From assembly GCA_008632985.1 (NCBI GenBank), contig QPGO01000030.1, positions 248,001-312,000 of the forward strand: a stretch of DNA of 64,000 nucleotides. The letters run 5' to 3'. Below are positions 60,843 to 64,000 of this stretch, one piece after another. Source of the DNA: Psammoneis japonica. Taxonomy: Eukaryota. How positions within the stretch are numbered: position 1 is the first letter of the stretch; each line of letters opens with the position of its first letter. The notes under the pieces are model-generated. The model made no database searches. It had not been told where the DNA came from and worked only from the letters and a program-made list of their open reading frames with translations. Position numbers and translations under genes: made by a program.

Positions 60843-62138
60843 ATGGGAAACATGGCCGGAAACACAAATTATCATTCTGGTAGCGCATCACCAAAGGTAT
60901 CACACAGTCTGAATTTGTCTTCACGAAAAGGTTCCTTTTCAGAGCAACAGAGAAGAAGTAGTTTGCCACCGTCATGGCTTCGACGACGCGGCGTAGCCGA
61001 TTGGCTTCGCATGGCATTTGGCGTTCTGGCAATATATCTGTTGCATTGGAGAATTACTTGGGCCTTAACTCCTGCGGATCGATTTGAATTTGTGGAACCG
61101 AAACTTACACCAAACAAATCCCTGGCTTCTCCAAGAATACCCCGCATTATTCATCAATCGTACAAAACAGCCGAACTTCCTCCCGTTTGGGCAGACACAC
61201 CAGAAAAGTGGAAAAGGACAAACCCCGACCTTACGTACATGTTTTGGTCTGACGAAGACAATCGTAATCTCATCAAAACTGATTACCCTTGGTTTCTCGA
61301 GACGTACGATTCGTATCAATATCCTATTCAGAGGGCAGACAGCGCTCGCTACTTTGCAGTGTTGAAGCACGGGGGTATTTATGCTGATCTCGATATCATG
61401 CCGGTAAAGGATATTTCTCCGTTACTAGACTGGCTATCATCAAAGGAACACGGAGACAAAGAAATGCTGGTCGCTCAGACATACAACCTCGGACTGACGA
61501 ATGCTCTCTTTGCGGCTGTGCCGAATTCAAAAGTGCTGAACGAGTTTGTTCACACGCTCCCTGATCACAGATATCCCTTTCATGGCTTTGAATTTCTAGT
61601 ACCACATTTTGGTGTCATGCTGTCTACAGGACCAACAAGGTTCTGGATCTTTTTGAATACTTGTCGAGAGAAAATTGCCACCCTACATCCGTCAGGATGG
61701 GGTCAGTGCCATCAATGCAGACGAGAAGCCGGCGGAGGTCAACCGGGAGAGTGCAGCGTTCAAGAATCCTCCTACTTTGAAACTGCAAAGGGAGGAAGTT
61801 GGCATAAGTGGGACACAATGATTTTCAATTTTATTCTCTGCTCTCCTCAGTTCTTCACATGGATGTGCTGTGGCGCCGCGTTGGTTGTCGGGCGGTGGAT
61901 TTTTCTTGCCAATTGTTCAAAACGTGACAATGTGGATACGCTACCACTGGTCAAGGACCAAAGCTTAAAGTCAAAAATTGAAAAAAAGAAGGAACGATGG
62001 AACAGCAAAGATATTGGAACACGACTCTCCACTAGCATGGCGAGGTTCAAGGATATTCCAACACTGACGCATAGCATGATGCAGCGGAAAGATATTATTC
62101 TGTACTTTGCGATCTTAGTTGCGCTGCGGGTAATTTAA
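60843..62138 (+). CDS. Glycosyltransferase family 32 (Sur1/Och1-like, DXD)
   Basis: RIPRIIHQSYK, YMFWSDED, YPIQRADSARY, GGIYADLD, STGP; N- and C-terminal TM segments. Confidence 0.9.
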   Translation: MGNMAGNTNYHSGSASPKVSHSLNLSSRKGSFSEQQRRSSLPPSWLRRRGVADWLRMAFGVLAIYLLHWRITWALTPADRFEFVEPKLTPNKSLASPRIPRIIHQSYKTAELPPVWADTPEKWKRTNPDLTYMFWSDEDNRNLIKTDYPWFLETYDSYQYPIQRADSARYFAVLKHGGIYADLDIMPVKDISPLLDWLSSKEHGDKEMLVAQTYNLGLTNALFAAVPNSKVLNEFVHTLPDHRYPFHGFEFLVPHFGVMLSTGPTRFWIFLNTCREKIATLHPSGWGQCHQCRREAGGGQPGECSVQESSYFETAKGGSWHKWDTMIFNFILCSPQFFTWMCCGAALVVGRWIFLANCSKRDNVDTLPLVKDQSLKSKIEKKKERWNSKDIGTRLSTSMARFKDIPTLTHSMMQRKDIILYFAILVALRVI

Positions 62139-62556
62139 AAAGCAGATAAGGCCGCTACAGTAATTAGTCTACCGTATGACGCACTTTCTGCTGCATACTC
62201 TCAACTCTAGTTTTACCTAAGATAGAGAGCCCTACATAGTAGGAACCTAGGGCTACTGCATGATCTATGATCGACGATTTTGACATCAGTCGAAAATAAC
62301 AAATAACACGGTGTTTTCTTACAAGTGAAGCAATGATGCATGGACAGACGCCCGTCCGTCCCATGATCCGCGCGCGTCCGTCCATGATCCATGAGATAGC
62401 AACGCAACGCACCGAACAAACAGCAACAGCAAGAGATCGTCAAGAAGAGTACCCTGTCATACTCGTATGCGATAGCTCTTGAATCGATACTTTGTGTTTG
62501 CAAAGGACGATTCAAAGTTGTACAGCAAATCAGAAGGGGAATACTGACTGTGCAAA

Positions 62557-63704
62557 ATGAGTCATCGGAAAATGACGCCCAAGGGCCAAATGTCAAGTAG
62601 CGGTTCAGGCCCGGCGATTATGATGATGCCTCCGCACGTGCGTGCCACCTTTATGCCAAACCCGCCATTGAAACAGCTACCACCTATCAAAAATAAACGG
62701 AAAAATGCTTGGACTGGATTGGCGCAGTTCATGGTTCAGTTCGAACGCACTCCACCCCCTGAGAAGGCGGAAGGTTTGACACCTCAAGCCATCAAGAAGC
62801 TCAAGAGAGAGCAGAAAAAGAAGCGGCACGAGGAAGAAATGAAACCAAAGTTAGATAGCTTTCGTCAGAAACAACAAGAAGATGGAGGAGAGTATCAGGG
62901 AATGAATTGCTACAACACGCTTTTTGTGGGACGCCTTGCGTATGAAGTGACGGAGCGAAAGCTACTGCGCGAGTTTGAAGCGTTTGGTCCGGTCAAAGAC
63001 CTCAAACTCATCAAGGATAACGATCAGAAGTCTCGAGGTTATGCCTTTGTAGAGTTTGAGCAAGAGGAGGATATGAAACGTGCCTATCGTGCGGCAGACG
63101 CCATGAAGATTGAAGGAAGAGAGGTCGTTGTAGACGTCGAGCGTGGACACACAGTTCCGAATTGGCTTCCCCGAAGGTTGGGCGGTGGCCTCGGTGGGAC
63201 TCGGTACGTACCTATTGGACTCTTCATAATTTAATGCTTTGTGAAGTTACTGACAATGGTCGCTTTCTCTGTTCAACACCACACAGCCTTGGAGGGAAAG
63301 ACAAGAACTATATCTATCCAGGTAGATTTGATCCATCCAGACCGGAAGCCGCCATGGGACGTCCTGGTCCTGGTGTTGGTCCCGGACCTGGACCTGGTCC
63401 CGGCGGTCCCATGGGTCGTGGTAGAGGGGGGCCGCCACCTTATGGATACAACGATAGACGTGGCCCCGGAGGCTACGGAGGTGGGCCTCCGCCGTATGGA
63501 AGAGGTGGCGGAGGAATGGATGATCGCGATCGCCGCTATGGATATGACGGACGAAGAGGGGGTGGTTATGGTGATCGTGATGGAGGGGATCGCGGACGAT
63601 ACGGTGGTCGACATGACTACAACGATCGGAGTGATCGCAAACGGTATAGGTCTCGCAGTCGAAGTCCCGATCGACGACACTCTCACTCACGCAGACGGTA
63701 TTAG
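62557..63704 (+). CDS. SNRNP70: U1 snRNP 70 kDa protein
   Basis: YNTLFVGRLAYEVTERKL, SRGYAFVEF, VDVERGHTVPNWLPRRLGGGLGGTR; intron 63204-63286; RG/RD/RS tail. The start may be a downstream ATG. Confidence 0.96.
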
Positions 63705-64000
63705 AATGGTGAAAAGGTTGATCAGCTCTAGAAGATGCAGCATTGAACAAAAGAAGAAGCATTCCAATGATCGCAATTATGTATGATCGTTAGAGGAATG
63801 GAGGACAGTATCGAGATAAAAGCAGATAACCAGTTTTACAGTCAATTGTTTCGCATGTGCATGTGTAGACTACCGTGGTTTCAATGAAATCTGCTTCTGC
63901 CAGGGAGACTTCATTGTTACTCTTCTTATGACTCATCTTCTGCTTCATCTGTCATTTGTTGAATCCCATTTTCGACACAAGACCAGACTCGATCTGCATC

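Overview
Eukaryotic window, most likely from a pennate diatom (short GT-AG introns, a DUF6824 protein, a bipartite plastid-targeting signal, a CoDi-type Ty1/copia element). Two gene-dense arms carry ordinary genes. Left arm: TOP2, BRR2, an HMG-box protein, PCH2/TRIP13, an RRM protein, mitochondrial S9, COQ3. Right arm: lipoyl synthase, a SnoaL-like protein, two OSCA/TMEM63 channels, NUP54, an amidohydrolase, DUF6824, a probable G-protein gamma subunit, a GT32 and U1-70K. Scattered single-base frameshifts in essential genes look like assembly errors. Between the arms lies a ~11.4 kb domain (~25900-37300) of decayed repeats and gene relics in which both CpG and TpA are almost eliminated in favour of TpG/CpA. 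Next to it is a young full-length Copia element (37462-43636, AGTAG TSD). Its two 254-bp LTRs differ at 9 sites. All are A:T/G:C transitions, 8 of them TpA versus TpG/CpA, always with the G:C allele in the LTR touching the decayed domain, and no CpG differs. Conserved RT/RNase H and Gag residues polarise the change as TA->TG/CA. The best candidate for a new system is therefore a localised, repeat-associated TpA A->G hypermutation process (opposite polarity to fungal RIP) acting alongside CpG decay. Other notable items: a non-canonical PBS matching the D-arm of initiator tRNA, an in-frame gag-TGA-pol junction followed by a hydrophobic segment, and five copies of a CGAACCA-N5-TGGTTCG palindrome upstream of an OSCA gene. 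All counts and gene boundaries were read by eye and need computational confirmation.
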